DNA of 64,000 nucleotides, taken from assembly GCA_026195895.1 (NCBI GenBank), contig JAPHRO010000030.1, forward strand, positions 23,910-87,909, written 5' to 3'. Position 1 is the first letter of the stretch. Each line of letters starts with the position of its first letter. The notes under the pieces were generated by a model. That model made no database searches, was not told the origin of the DNA, and worked only from the letters and a program-made list of their open reading frames with translations. The position numbers were made by a program, and so were the translations under genes. This document shows positions 9,396 through 19,111 of this stretch, piece by piece. This stretch comes from Gammaproteobacteria bacterium (GTDB lineage Bacteria > Pseudomonadota > Gammaproteobacteria > SZUA-229).

Positions 9396-9959
9396 CTACA
9401 ACGTGCCCGCCTGTTGCGCAATAAAACAGGTTTTAGCGGAGAGTTCGAACGAGCAGGTCCATTTGTAAGCCAGATTGATGGATTCGGCGGCGGCGTATAC
9501 GCCATGGCCACGCACTACCGCGACCTTGTGGCTGGCCAGTGCATCCGATATCGCATCGGCGGCCAGTTCCAGGTATTGATCATAGGGGATGGAGATAACC
9601 GGGATACGATCAAAATAATACTGGCCTTCAAAATCCTGCGGCATAAAGTCCTCGCCCTGCATGGTCATGGCCACACTGTAAGCGCCGTGACTGTGTAGAA
9701 TGGCATTGGCTGTGGGGTTTTTCTGGTACACCAGCGCGTGCAGTTTGGCATCCAGCGACGCACCTTCGCCCAGTTCTCCATTAACCGAACAGGAGCAGGC
9801 AACCAGGTTTTTAGCTTCAAGCAGGTCGGCGCAGGCCCCGGTTGGTGTCACCCAGAACTGGTCACCGTCGCGCACGGAAGCGTTGCCGGAATGGGAGTCG
9901 TTGTAGCCGTACTGTCTGAGCCAGTGATAATGGCGAATAAGATCCTGTTTAATGTCCAT
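9396..9959 (-). CDS. Class II aldolase/adducin-family protein
   Basis: 187 aa; SGNASVRDGDQFWVTPTG… and H.HG..S.AM… motifs of class II (metal-dependent) aldolase/epimerase family; stop is 3 bp from the thiD start. Confidence 0.75.
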   Translation of the reverse strand: MDIKQDLIRHYHWLRQYGYNDSHSGNASVRDGDQFWVTPTGACADLLEAKNLVACSCSVNGELGEGASLDAKLHALVYQKNPTANAILHSHGAYSVAMTMQGEDFMPQDFEGQYYFDRIPVISIPYDQYLELAADAISDALASHKVAVVRGHGVYAAAESINLAYKWTCSFELSAKTCFIAQQAGTL

Positions 9960-9996
9960 AGTGGAATTTTACTCCGGAATGGAGCGGGCATCCAGA

Positions 9997-10836
9997 TTAG
10001 CTAATATGACGACAGATATCGGCCAGTTCCATAATGCGGGCACGTATGTATTGCGCCGCCTTGTCGTTGGGTGAGGTTTTAAGGTATGCCTGAAAATCGT
10101 TGAGCGCGGCCTGGTAACATTCCAGTTCATTGTAAATGGCGCCGCGGGCTTTCAGCGCATCGGATTTATCCGAATCCAGACTGACAATATAATCTGCCAT
10201 GGGCAGGGCTTTTGCCCAGTTTTCATTTTGCATGTACAGGTTTCTTAAATTACGCAGTACCCGCACGATAATATCCTTATTGCTGCTGGTGGCCAATAAT
10301 CCGTAAAAGTGGGATTTTTTTAATTTGTCACCATAAAATTCCTGCAGGCGATCTTCCAGATCATCTTCGCTCAGTGAGATGCCGCCAAAATAGGGATCAA
10401 GCACAATCGCGCCGTCATCAATTTCCAGCTTAACCAGAAAGTGCCCGGGAAAGGCGACGCCGGCTAATGGCAGCCCCAGTTCTTTGCCCAGTTCGATATA
10501 TAAAATGGATAAACTAATGGGGATGCCCAGTTTGCGTTCCAGTACATCGTTGAGGAAGCTGTTTTTGGGGTCGTAATAATGCTCTGAATTGCCCTCGTAA
10601 CCCAGTTCGTCAAATAGCGTCCTGTTGAGCTGGGTCAGGGTATCGCCGGCATTTGGATTTTCTGGCAGGCGATTGCGAATCTCGTCGGCCAGTGAATGGA
10701 TGCGATCCAGGTAGCTGTTTACATCCAGGTCGGGGTATTCCATGCGTGCGACCATGAGTGCACCTTCTGCGAGATCGATATTTTCGTCTGGCTGGCGAAG
10801 AAATTGTTCGAATTCTTTTTTAATGCTGTTTTCCAT
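9997..10836 (-). CDS. Transglutaminase-like/TPR protein of the SirB1/YchA (UPF0162) family
   Basis: 279 aa; length and N-terminal transglutaminase-like core followed by C-terminal TPR-like helices (…ALNDFQAYLKTSPND…). Confidence 0.6.
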   Translation of the reverse strand: MENSIKKEFEQFLRQPDENIDLAEGALMVARMEYPDLDVNSYLDRIHSLADEIRNRLPENPNAGDTLTQLNRTLFDELGYEGNSEHYYDPKNSFLNDVLERKLGIPISLSILYIELGKELGLPLAGVAFPGHFLVKLEIDDGAIVLDPYFGGISLSEDDLEDRLQEFYGDKLKKSHFYGLLATSSNKDIIVRVLRNLRNLYMQNENWAKALPMADYIVSLDSDKSDALKARGAIYNELECYQAALNDFQAYLKTSPNDKAAQYIRARIMELADICRHIS

Positions 10837-10995
10837 TATTGTATGGCGGTAGTGTGATAGCTGAAGTCTGGGTCAGGCAATGGCTTTTAGCAAGTCGGTC
10901 TGTCGATATGATTGACTGACTGACCGTGGTGGTTGATTAGGGCCTGATTTTTCTTTGTGCCTGGATAGCGTCATTGTCAGTATCTGGCTAGGACT

Positions 10996-11349
10996 TTATT
11001 TGCACTGGCGATAACGTAAGCGCGTACCATGCTCCAGCGATAAATTGATTTCTGCGGCTTCCAGTTCGGCTGGAAAATAAGCCCCCGAAATTTGTGCCCC
11101 GTGAATACTGGCGCCTTCAAGATTGGCTTTAGAGAAGTCTATGCCGCGTAAATTAGCCATGCGGAAATAACTGTTGCTAAGGTCCAGTCCGTCGGCGTCT
11201 AATCCATTCAGATGGACGCCTCGAAAATCAGCACCGGTTAAATCACAGGTTTCACCCGCGGCTTTGCGCTGGTTGAATTCTTCTACCTTGCCTTCGCGTA
11301 GTAAGCGGTAGAGTTCATCGTTCTTAATTTCAGGTGCTGATTGCGCCAT
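10996..11349 (-). CDS. Pentapeptide-repeat protein
   Basis: 117 aa; consecutive A(D/N)(L/F)xx quintets: CDLTGADFRGVHLNGLDADGLDLSNSYFRMANLRGIDFSKANLEGASIHGAQISGAYF. Confidence 0.75.
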   Translation of the reverse strand: MAQSAPEIKNDELYRLLREGKVEEFNQRKAAGETCDLTGADFRGVHLNGLDADGLDLSNSYFRMANLRGIDFSKANLEGASIHGAQISGAYFPAELEAAEINLSLEHGTRLRYRQCK

Positions 11350-11398
11350 GACTTTACTCCGTGTTAGTTATCTAAAAGTATAGCCTAAGGGATGTTTT

Positions 11399-11815
11399 TT
11401 ACTCACCGTAGACAGTGACGGTAATGCGCCGGGTGTGGGGGTGGGTTCGGTGTTCCCACAGATAAATCCCCTGCCAGGTGCCGAGCAGGGCGCTGCCATT
11501 GTTGATCGGTATGCTCAGGCTGCTGTCGGTTAATACCGTGCGAACATGTGCGGACATATCATCGGGGCCTTCATCTCGGTGCTCATACATCGGATCACCA
11601 TCCGGGGTGATTTTTTCCATAAAATATTCAAGATCACTGCGCACGCTAGGGTCTGCATTTTCACAGAGAATAAGCGAGGCACTGGTGTGCTGGACAAAAA
11701 TATTCACCAGGCCAACGCGAATGTCACACTGCCGAATAATGTCTTCAATCTGGCGGGTGATGTTCGATGTGCCTCGGCCCAGGGTAGACAGGTTAAACGT
11801 ATGTTGATGAACCAT
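11399..11815 (-). CDS. yjbQ: YjbQ-family (UPF0047) secondary thiamine-phosphate synthase-like protein
   Basis: 138 aa; HTSASL.L.ENADP.V..D and ..G.W.GIYL.EHR…R.I.VT… YjbQ-family hallmarks. Confidence 0.8.
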   Translation of the reverse strand: MVHQHTFNLSTLGRGTSNITRQIEDIIRQCDIRVGLVNIFVQHTSASLILCENADPSVRSDLEYFMEKITPDGDPMYEHRDEGPDDMSAHVRTVLTDSSLSIPINNGSALLGTWQGIYLWEHRTHPHTRRITVTVYGE

Positions 11816-12579
11816 TATGCGCTACTGTGAATTTGTTCAAGCATGTCGAGATTAACATAGCTGAAACCATGATTGTCGCCAGCTAGCGTTTTAAAACCCT
11901 GATCTGGCTCACCCATGTTATCCAGTACGATGGCCGCGCCATCGAAATTATCCTGTTCAGTATAGCCATTTACGGTAATGATGGTTTTCAGCCTGGCGCC
12001 CTGGGATGACAGAATGCCATTTCTCGAATCTTCGAAAGCCAGGCAGGCGTCTGCCGGCAAGTTCATTTTTTCCAGTGCCCAGGTGTAGATGTCCGCGGCC
12101 GGTTTTTTAGCCGGCACAATATCGCCAGCGGCAATGACTTCGAACCATTCAGTCGAACCCGGCGCCAGTGCGTGTTCCAGCAGGGCGGTAACATTGGCTG
12201 GTGTGGTGGTAGTCGCCACCGCGAGGCGCATGTTTTTATCACGCGCCTCCGTTATGAGTCGTTTTACGCCGGGCCGCAGCGGGATGGCGCCGGTGGCCAG
12301 TAGCTCGGTGTAATGACGGGTTTTGGCTGCATGTAATTCCCTGATGAGCTCAGGCGTTGTTTCATTCTGTGGATATGCAGTATTGAATTTCTCCAGGTAA
12401 TACGCCATGCGTTCCTTGCCACCGGTAACTGCCAGTAGCTTGCCGTAGAGTTCTTCATCCCAGTACCAGTCCAGATCATATTCTTCAAATGCCTGATTAA
12501 AAGCGACGCGGTGGCCATCGCGTTCGGTATCTGCCAGGGTGCCATCGACATCAAAAATTAGTGCTTCCAGTTTACTCAT
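11815..12579 (-). CDS. HAD-superfamily hydrolase, CbbY-like
   Basis: 254 aa; N-terminal LIFDVDGTLADTE (DxDGT motif I); overall CbbY/phosphatase subfamily IA architecture. Confidence 0.8.
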   Translation of the reverse strand: MSKLEALIFDVDGTLADTERDGHRVAFNQAFEEYDLDWYWDEELYGKLLAVTGGKERMAYYLEKFNTAYPQNETTPELIRELHAAKTRHYTELLATGAIPLRPGVKRLITEARDKNMRLAVATTTTPANVTALLEHALAPGSTEWFEVIAAGDIVPAKKPAADIYTWALEKMNLPADACLAFEDSRNGILSSQGARLKTIITVNGYTEQDNFDGAAIVLDNMGEPDQGFKTLAGDNHGFSYVNLDMLEQIHSSA

Positions 12580-12635
12580 TAATCTTTTTCCGGTTTGGGA
12601 AGGGAGGGCTATTCTATAAAAATGTTGATTTGTTT

Positions 12636-12666
12636 GAAATAGATCAGATGAAATAGATCAGATGAA
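12636..12666. repeat. Tandem direct repeat (gaaatagatcagat x2)
   Basis: Exact 14-mer duplicated head-to-tail at 12636-12649 and 12650-12663 in the intergenic region between the HAD hydrolase and the FAD oxidoreductase. Confidence 0.5.
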
Positions 12667-12865
12667 TGGCCAGCGTCATCGCTACCAGGATTATCAGGAA
12701 TGACAATATGCTGGAATATATTTCGCTAATAGGCCTGTCTGTATCTTCAATTAAGGCTAAAGATGTGCAATCGAAAGAATCTTTGTTTGATGATTATCTG
12801 GTCAGGCCTGTTAAACCGCCGGTGCTGGCAAACGCAGTTGACGGTTTTTTAATTACCAGACGATC

Positions 12866-13975
12866 CTATTTCAAAAATTTATTTACTACGGCAATGACTT
12901 GTCGGGCTGTGGCTCGATGTGCCGTTAATTTGCCACCATAAAGCGTAAAAACCACAGGCTTGAGTCTGTCGTAATGGATAATGGTATTTCGTGGCCTTGA
13001 GAAAATATTCCCCGTCTGTTTTGGTAGTACACGTAAACCAGCAAAAGCATCGCTAACCTGTGATCTTGTTACAGGCTGGTTGAAATAATGGTTATACACA
13101 TCGATAAGATATGAAATATCAGTTTCTGGTGGTTCAACCATGTCGGGAGAATGATTGAAAAAATGTTCAGTTGTGCCAATCATCGTTTGTCCCTGCCAGG
13201 GCATAACAAATACTGCACGCCCGTCAGTTGGCGACTCCAGATAATACATGCCCTGTTGTAACTGGTTGGCAACGACAATATGCGTGCCTAATACCAGGTC
13301 TACGTCACGGATGGTTTGTGCCGGCGTGATTTTTTGTAAAATCTGATTTGCCCAGGGGCCTGCTGCGTTGATAATTAACCGGCTGTTAATGGTTTTATGT
13401 TGCTGGTTTTTTAGATAAGAAATGGTGCAGTAATCCTTAGAACATTCGGCGGATGTAAATAAAGCGCTGGTCTCAATGTGTGTGCCCAGGTGTTGTGCCT
13501 GAGTGATGACTTTTTCTGTTAGCTGCTGATCATTTGTCTGCGCATCATAATACTGAAATACCGTTTTTAAATTGCCGGTTTTTATATTGTCCAGTGTTTG
13601 CCATTGATGCCTGGGAATAATTTTAAATCCCTTGCCACTGAACAGGGAATAGATGACGAGTCCAAGCCAGATGCGCCAGCTTGAGCGGCGGCTTTCGGTA
13701 TAAACGGGAATATAAAATGGCACCAGCTTTACCAGCTCTGGTGCACTGGCTAATAAATGTTTTCGTTCCTGTAAGCACTCGCGCACCAGTTTGAATTGAC
13801 CGGATTCAAGATACCTCAGGCCACCATGTATAAGTTTACTGGATTTGCTCGAAGTGCCGAGACCCGGCTTTTCATATTGTTCCAGTACCAGTACTTTATA
13901 ACCCTGTTGTGCAGCTTCACGGGCACAGGCGGCACCGTGTATGCCGCCGCCAATTATGATCAGGTCATAGATCAT
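12866..13975 (-). CDS. FAD-dependent oxidoreductase (glycerol-3-phosphate dehydrogenase/DAO family)
   Basis: 369 aa; N-terminal dinucleotide fold DLIIIGGGIHGAACAREAA..G.KVLVLE. Confidence 0.75.
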   Translation of the reverse strand: MIYDLIIIGGGIHGAACAREAAQQGYKVLVLEQYEKPGLGTSSKSSKLIHGGLRYLESGQFKLVRECLQERKHLLASAPELVKLVPFYIPVYTESRRSSWRIWLGLVIYSLFSGKGFKIIPRHQWQTLDNIKTGNLKTVFQYYDAQTNDQQLTEKVITQAQHLGTHIETSALFTSAECSKDYCTISYLKNQQHKTINSRLIINAAGPWANQILQKITPAQTIRDVDLVLGTHIVVANQLQQGMYYLESPTDGRAVFVMPWQGQTMIGTTEHFFNHSPDMVEPPETDISYLIDVYNHYFNQPVTRSQVSDAFAGLRVLPKQTGNIFSRPRNTIIHYDRLKPVVFTLYGGKLTAHRATARQVIAVVNKFLK

Positions 13976-14723
13976 GTTGACATGTATTGAGCGCCAGAAC
14001 CGGGTGCTCCAGCATGCTACATATGTCGCGAGTTTCTATGAGTGGGATATTGTGGCTGGCGTAATGAATGGCCAGTTCAGGGTCGGTTACATCATAAATC
14101 ATCCAGTGCCATTCACCCTGCCAGGGCGCTTCGTTGGTGGGTATTTTTCGGTGATTTATAATCAGGTATTCTGGTTTTAGCTGATTTGCTTTACTGAAAG
14201 TTTCATCATCGTAATTATTCAGCACCCAGCCCGCCTGAAAATCGCTATGGTCCTTAACATAATTTATCGCAGCAGCATCGAAAGAAATAATGACGCATTG
14301 CTGGTGAATGATTTCCAGTTGTTTAAGTAGTGCCGGCATTATGTTTTTGATGCCGAATTGCTGCAGGCTTTCTTCCTTGATTTCGATGAATGCAGTTACT
14401 TTCGGATAGTGCTGCAACAGCCGAACGACTTCCTCAAGTGTGGGTATGCGTTGATTAAAAAACGCCAGCGAAAAACGATTCGGTTCGTGGGCGCGAATCT
14501 TTTTTAATTCCTTTTGAGTCATCTCAAAAACATTGCCGCTGACGCCGGTGGTGCGCTCGAGTTCGGTGTCATGGAACACAACAAATTTCCCGTCGGCGGT
14601 GCATTGCACGTCAAATTCGACATAGCAGCCGCCACATTGAAATGCGGTTTCTATGCCAATCAGGGTGTTTTCCGGATACTGATCCATGAATCCGCGATGT
14701 GCGACCAGGTGGGGTATGGCCAT
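13965..14723 (-). CDS. Glycerophosphodiester phosphodiesterase family protein
   Basis: 252 aa; VAHRG….PENTL..I..A…G…VE.DV…DG..VV.HD GDPD catalytic motifs. Confidence 0.8.
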   Translation of the reverse strand: MAIPHLVAHRGFMDQYPENTLIGIETAFQCGGCYVEFDVQCTADGKFVVFHDTELERTTGVSGNVFEMTQKELKKIRAHEPNRFSLAFFNQRIPTLEEVVRLLQHYPKVTAFIEIKEESLQQFGIKNIMPALLKQLEIIHQQCVIISFDAAAINYVKDHSDFQAGWVLNNYDDETFSKANQLKPEYLIINHRKIPTNEAPWQGEWHWMIYDVTDPELAIHYASHNIPLIETRDICSMLEHPVLALNTCQHDL

Positions 14724-14770
14724 ATTGGCAAATCTCTTGTTATTACTTAAAGCTTATTGTAGTCGGAATC

Positions 14771-16171
14771 TCAGAGACTGTGGATTTCATGGCAAAATTT
14801 CTGGTAACGGGCAACAAGTTCTGGCTGGCTTCGGGGAAGAAATATTTGCTCAGTCTGTGGCTTGTGCCAGTCGCTGGGGCAGCCTGCTGCAAGCCATGCC
14901 GCACCTTTAGCGGTGGCTTCGGTTTCCGTCATTCGTGCAATGGGCAGTTTGCTCAGGTCAGCCAGTTTCTGGCACAGCTCATCCAGTTGAGACAGGCCGC
15001 CAGAAATTTTTAGTTGCTGCAGATTGATATGTTGCTGCATTTGTTCGAGATTGGTTTGTAACAGGAAAACAATGCTTTCGATGACGCCGACAAATCGAGC
15101 TTCGATGGATGCCGATTGATCGTCGATAAAATACGCAGGGCAGCCGCTTTTCCACCACGGTGATCCCAGACCGCCAATAGTGTTGATAAATATGGGTGGC
15201 GACTGTTCTTTATCTAACCAGTCGGGTAACTGCTGAAATAGATTGCTAACGGGATATTTTTGCTCGGCCCAGCTAAGGGCCGCCCCCGCACCGTTGACCG
15301 TGCCTTCAAGTAGATAAGTACAGCTTGTGTCTGTTGTCAGGCCAATGCCGCAGAGCAAATCGGTGTTGGTTATTATGTTGTCGCAGGGGGCAAGCACAAA
15401 GGCGCCGGTACCAATATTGATAATGGCGTGACCCTGTTGTACGACACCCTGCGCATGTAAGGCGGCGCTCTGGTCACCACTGACGGCAGTAACCGGGATG
15501 GGGTGAAAATTGAGTTTGCCATAATGATAAAGCATGGGTTTGCATTCAGGAAAAATAGCGTGGGGTAGATCAAACAGATGGAATAATTTTTCCGACCATT
15601 GCAATGCTGCCAGATCAAACAGCAGGGTTCTGTTGGCATTGCTATGATCAATCAAATGCGGGTTTCCTGAAATCAGATGATAGAGTAAAAAACTGACCAG
15701 CGTGCCCATCTGTAGTTGCTGATCTAGCAGCGCCTGTTGAACCTGCGGATTATGCTGGATTAGCCAGCGGCATTTGCCCGCTGCATAGTGGGGCGACAGT
15801 GGCAGGCCGGTAATGGCTTTGATCTGTTTTTCCTGCGGTTTAAATTGTTGCAGGTCGTCCAGGCTGCGACGGTCCTGCCAGCTAATAGCTGGACTCAATG
15901 CTTCGCCGGTTGTTGAATTCCATGCCAGTACGGTTGATCTTTGCGTGGTAATGCAGCACTGGTGGGTATCAGATAATCGGCTTTTATCCAGTTGGCCAAG
16001 GGCGGTGATAATCGAAGTTAATATTTCTTCCGGATCCTGTTCGATATGCGTATGGTTGAGTTGCTGCAGCTTAATCTCAACTTTGGCTTTATCGACTATT
16101 TCACCATTTGATGAAAACAGCATCGCACGTGATGCATGGGTGCCCTGATCAATGACAAGAATATATGGCAT
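14771..16171 (-). CDS. FGGY-family carbohydrate kinase (glycerol/xylulose kinase-like)
   Basis: 466 aa; N-terminal ILVIDQGTHASRAMLF (FGGY motif 1); length appropriate. Confidence 0.75.
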   Translation of the reverse strand: MPYILVIDQGTHASRAMLFSSNGEIVDKAKVEIKLQQLNHTHIEQDPEEILTSIITALGQLDKSRLSDTHQCCITTQRSTVLAWNSTTGEALSPAISWQDRRSLDDLQQFKPQEKQIKAITGLPLSPHYAAGKCRWLIQHNPQVQQALLDQQLQMGTLVSFLLYHLISGNPHLIDHSNANRTLLFDLAALQWSEKLFHLFDLPHAIFPECKPMLYHYGKLNFHPIPVTAVSGDQSAALHAQGVVQQGHAIINIGTGAFVLAPCDNIITNTDLLCGIGLTTDTSCTYLLEGTVNGAGAALSWAEQKYPVSNLFQQLPDWLDKEQSPPIFINTIGGLGSPWWKSGCPAYFIDDQSASIEARFVGVIESIVFLLQTNLEQMQQHINLQQLKISGGLSQLDELCQKLADLSKLPIARMTETEATAKGAAWLAAGCPSDWHKPQTEQIFLPRSQPELVARYQKFCHEIHSL

Positions 16172-16302
16172 AGGATGAGTGATGGCTGCTAAATATCTAC
16201 AGTATAGTCAGTGAGTCAGTTAAAACGACAACAGATTGCTTAATCATCGGCTGAATATAATGTCATAATGCTGCAGCATGTCTCACTTGTTTACTGAAGC
16301 GA

Positions 16303-18147
16303 ATGTCTGTACCTGAACATCAACTCATATCCGATGAATCATCATTGGAAAAATTGCAGCAGGAGACGCTGCAACAATATAGCTGGTCGTATGTGATCAA
16401 GCTGGCGCGCCGCCATAAAAAACTCCTTATTCATGCGCACATCATTGCCATACTGGCGGCTCTAGTCAGCGTGCCCGTGCCGCTGCTGATGCCCTTGCTG
16501 GTCGATGAAGTGCTGTTGCAGCAGCCGGGGGTCATGGTTGGCGTGGTGGATCAGATGTTTCCCGAGAGCTGGCAGGGCCCGGTGCTGTACATACTGGTGA
16601 TTATGCTGGTTACCATGATACTGCGTTTTATCGGGCTGGCATTTGCGGTCTGGCAAACCCGTGAATTTACCCAGGTCGCCAAAGACATTACCTATCGCAT
16701 CCGCAGTAGTCTGTTAAAGCGTTTGCAGTATATTTCGATGGCTGAATACGAAACCCTGGGCAGTGGCGCCGTGGCTTCGCATCTGGTAACTGATGTGGAA
16801 GCGATCGATGTATTTATCGGATCGGCACTGAGTAAATTTGTCGTTGCGCTATTGACCATTGTTGGTGTGGCGGTGATTTTATTGTGGATGCACTGGCAGC
16901 TCGCCCTGTTCATTCTGGTGATGAATCCGATGGTGATTTATTTCACTACGGTGCTGGGTAAAAAAGTTAAACAGCTAAAGAAAAACGAAAACTTTGCATT
17001 TGAACTGTTTCAGCAGTCACTCGGTGAAACGCTGGATGCCATCCAGCAGATCCGGGCGAGTAATCGAGAGCGTCATTATATTCTGCAGGTGATCGATAAA
17101 GCGCGCGGGGTCAAACAGCGGTCATCCAGTTTTAGCTGGAAGAGTGATGCCGCGAACCGCTTGTCTTTCTTTGTGTTTCTGATGGGCTTTGAAGTGTTTC
17201 GCGGCGTTAGCATGTTGATGGTGGTGTTCTCCAGTTTAAGCATCGGTCAGATGTTTGCCGTGTATGCCTATCTCTGGTTCATGATGTCGCCGGTGCAGGA
17301 GGTGCTGGGTATCCAGTACAGTTATTATTCTGCCAATGCCGCGCTGTCCCGTTTGAATCGATTGCTGGGTTTACAGCAGGAACCGCAGTATCCGCACAAG
17401 GCGAATCCCTTTGCCGGCAAGCACACGGTGGGACTGCGTTTGCAGGATATAGATTTCGCCTATGGTGATGGTGAGCCGGTACTGGAAAATGTGTCACTTG
17501 AAATACGTCCCGGGGAAAAAATTGCTCTGGTAGGCGCCAGTGGTGGGGGTAAATCGACCCTGGTGCAGGTGATACTGGGTTTGTATCCCCCCCACCGAGG
17601 GCAGTTGTATTTTGATGGGGTGGCAGTGACCGATATAGGGCTGGATGTGGTGCGTGAGCATGTGGCAACGGTGCTGCAGCATCCCGCATTATTCAATGAC
17701 ACTATTCGAAGCAATCTTGATCTGGGGCAGCAGATTGATGATGCAAAATTATGGCAGGCCCTCGAAATAGCCCAGCTAAAGGATGTGGTCGAGGAAATGC
17801 CGGCGCAACTGGATAGCATTGTGGGCCGGAATGGTATTCGGCTTTCCGGCGGTCAGCGTCAGCGACTGGCGATAGCCAGAATGATCCTGATGGATCCTAA
17901 GGTGGTTATCCTGGATGAAGCAACTTCGGCGCTGGATACTGAGACAGAATATCGCCTGCATCAGGCCTTGCAGGGCTTTTTACAAAACCGGACAACTTTG
18001 ATCATTGCCCATCGGCTGAGTGCGGTTAAACAGGCGGATCGGGCCTATGTGTTTGATAATGGAAGAATTATTGATGAAGGACATCACGATGAGCTGGTTA
18101 ATCGAGATGGCCTGTATCAGCAGTTATATGGCAAGCGACAGAGATAA
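16303..18147 (+). CDS. ABC transporter, fused permease/ATP-binding (MsbA-like exporter)
   Basis: 614 aa; six TM helices N-terminal; Walker A GASGGGKST, signature LSGGQRQR, Walker B ILDEATSALD. Confidence 0.9.
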   Translation: MSVPEHQLISDESSLEKLQQETLQQYSWSYVIKLARRHKKLLIHAHIIAILAALVSVPVPLLMPLLVDEVLLQQPGVMVGVVDQMFPESWQGPVLYILVIMLVTMILRFIGLAFAVWQTREFTQVAKDITYRIRSSLLKRLQYISMAEYETLGSGAVASHLVTDVEAIDVFIGSALSKFVVALLTIVGVAVILLWMHWQLALFILVMNPMVIYFTTVLGKKVKQLKKNENFAFELFQQSLGETLDAIQQIRASNRERHYILQVIDKARGVKQRSSSFSWKSDAANRLSFFVFLMGFEVFRGVSMLMVVFSSLSIGQMFAVYAYLWFMMSPVQEVLGIQYSYYSANAALSRLNRLLGLQQEPQYPHKANPFAGKHTVGLRLQDIDFAYGDGEPVLENVSLEIRPGEKIALVGASGGGKSTLVQVILGLYPPHRGQLYFDGVAVTDIGLDVVREHVATVLQHPALFNDTIRSNLDLGQQIDDAKLWQALEIAQLKDVVEEMPAQLDSIVGRNGIRLSGGQRQRLAIARMILMDPKVVILDEATSALDTETEYRLHQALQGFLQNRTTLIIAHRLSAVKQADRAYVFDNGRIIDEGHHDELVNRDGLYQQLYGKRQR

Positions 18148-18162
18148 GTTTGAAATCTCGAC

Positions 18163-18174
18163 ATATGGCCATAT
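18163..18174. promoter_or_regulatory. Perfect 12-bp palindrome ATATGGCCATAT upstream of thioredoxin
   Basis: Seen 67 bp upstream of the thioredoxin GTG start; possible operator. No further support. Confidence 0.2.
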
Positions 18175-18240
18175 ATAAGGAAATACTAAAGTGTTATACT
18201 GTTTCGCTAATATATAGTCAGTCCCCAGCAGGAGAATATT

Positions 18241-18621
18241 GTGGCCACCATCGAGCTTAATGAACAGAATCTAGAATCCACGGTTAATGACAACGATATC
18301 GTCATTATCGATTTCTGGGCACCCTGGTGTGGACCCTGTAAGTCATTTGGTCCTATTTATGAAGAAGTGTCCGAGAAGCACGCTGATGTTGTCTTTGGCA
18401 AAGTAAATACGGAAGACGAGCAGGCAATTGCGGCGCATTTTCAAATTCGTTCGATTCCAACGCTGATGATCTTCCGCGAACAGATTATTATTTTCGCCGA
18501 AGCAGGCATGTTGCCGGCAACCGGCCTTGAAGAAGTCATTGAGCGGGTAAAAACCCTGGATATGGACAAGGTTAAAGAGGACATAGCCACGGCACAGGCA
18601 GAAGCCGAAGCTAACTCCTAG
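18241..18621 (+). CDS. Thioredoxin with ~20-aa C-terminal extension
   Basis: 126 aa; WAPWCGPCK active site; GTG start; extra acidic/Ala-rich tail (…DIATAQAEAEANS). Confidence 0.85.
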   Translation: MATIELNEQNLESTVNDNDIVIIDFWAPWCGPCKSFGPIYEEVSEKHADVVFGKVNTEDEQAIAAHFQIRSIPTLMIFREQIIIFAEAGMLPATGLEEVIERVKTLDMDKVKEDIATAQAEAEANS

Positions 18622-18661
18622 TTTATTTGCCGGATAGTCGGGGCGGGGCCGTCCTGACTGT

Positions 18662-19111
18662 TTACATGCTTTGTCCGATTGGAGAAGGCTTCCAGTCTGC
18701 AATCCATTGCTCTACTTTCTGTAGATGTTTGCTGGATAATCTGCTTTTCAACTGTTTTCTCTTGTCCGCTATAGCTTCCGCCAGTCGGATGTTGTTGCGC
18801 GATGCGATGCTCAGCCATTTGTAAGCCAGCAGGTCATTTTTCTCGACGCCTTTCCCGGAAAAATACATATTGCCCAGCATGTGCTGGGCTGAGCTCCAGT
18901 TGCTTTCAGCCAGCGCCTTAAACAGTGCTGCCGCTTTTTCTGCAGATTTCTGTTTTCCATTTCGCCCAAGTAGATAATTGAGAGCTTCCTGATAAACCAG
19001 TAGAGGTTGATAGCTGGTACCAACTAGAGAGTTGCCGGGATCAGCATGTACTGTGGCGGCCAGTGAATTGCCCAGTAATAAAACCAGGCCGAATACTGTG
19101 TTTTTGAGCAT
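18662..19111 (-). CDS. Sel1-repeat periplasmic protein
   Basis: 149 aa; signal peptide; Sel1-like repeats (…AQHMLGNMYFSGKGVEKNDLLAYKWL…). Confidence 0.7.
   Translation of the reverse strand: MLKNTVFGLVLLLGNSLAATVHADPGNSLVGTSYQPLLVYQEALNYLLGRNGKQKSAEKAAALFKALAESNWSSAQHMLGNMYFSGKGVEKNDLLAYKWLSIASRNNIRLAEAIADKRKQLKSRLSSKHLQKVEQWIADWKPSPIGQSM

Noticed and set aside
10837-10995. Possible TPP riboswitch upstream of the SirB1-like / aldolase / thiD-thiE gene string
   Set aside because: No CTGAGA / ACCTGATCTGGATAATGCCAGCG THI-box arrangement was found on the transcribed (minus) strand; only a loose CCTGGATAGCG resemblance on the wrong strand.
12666-12941. 91-aa + strand ORF
   Set aside because: It overlaps the C-terminal end of the FAD oxidoreductase on the opposite strand and has no motifs.
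17279-17961. Several minus-strand ORFs (136, 119, 62, 61 aa) inside the ABC transporter gene
   Set aside because: They lie antisense within a strongly supported CDS, have Pro/His/Cys-rich unnatural composition and lack motifs.
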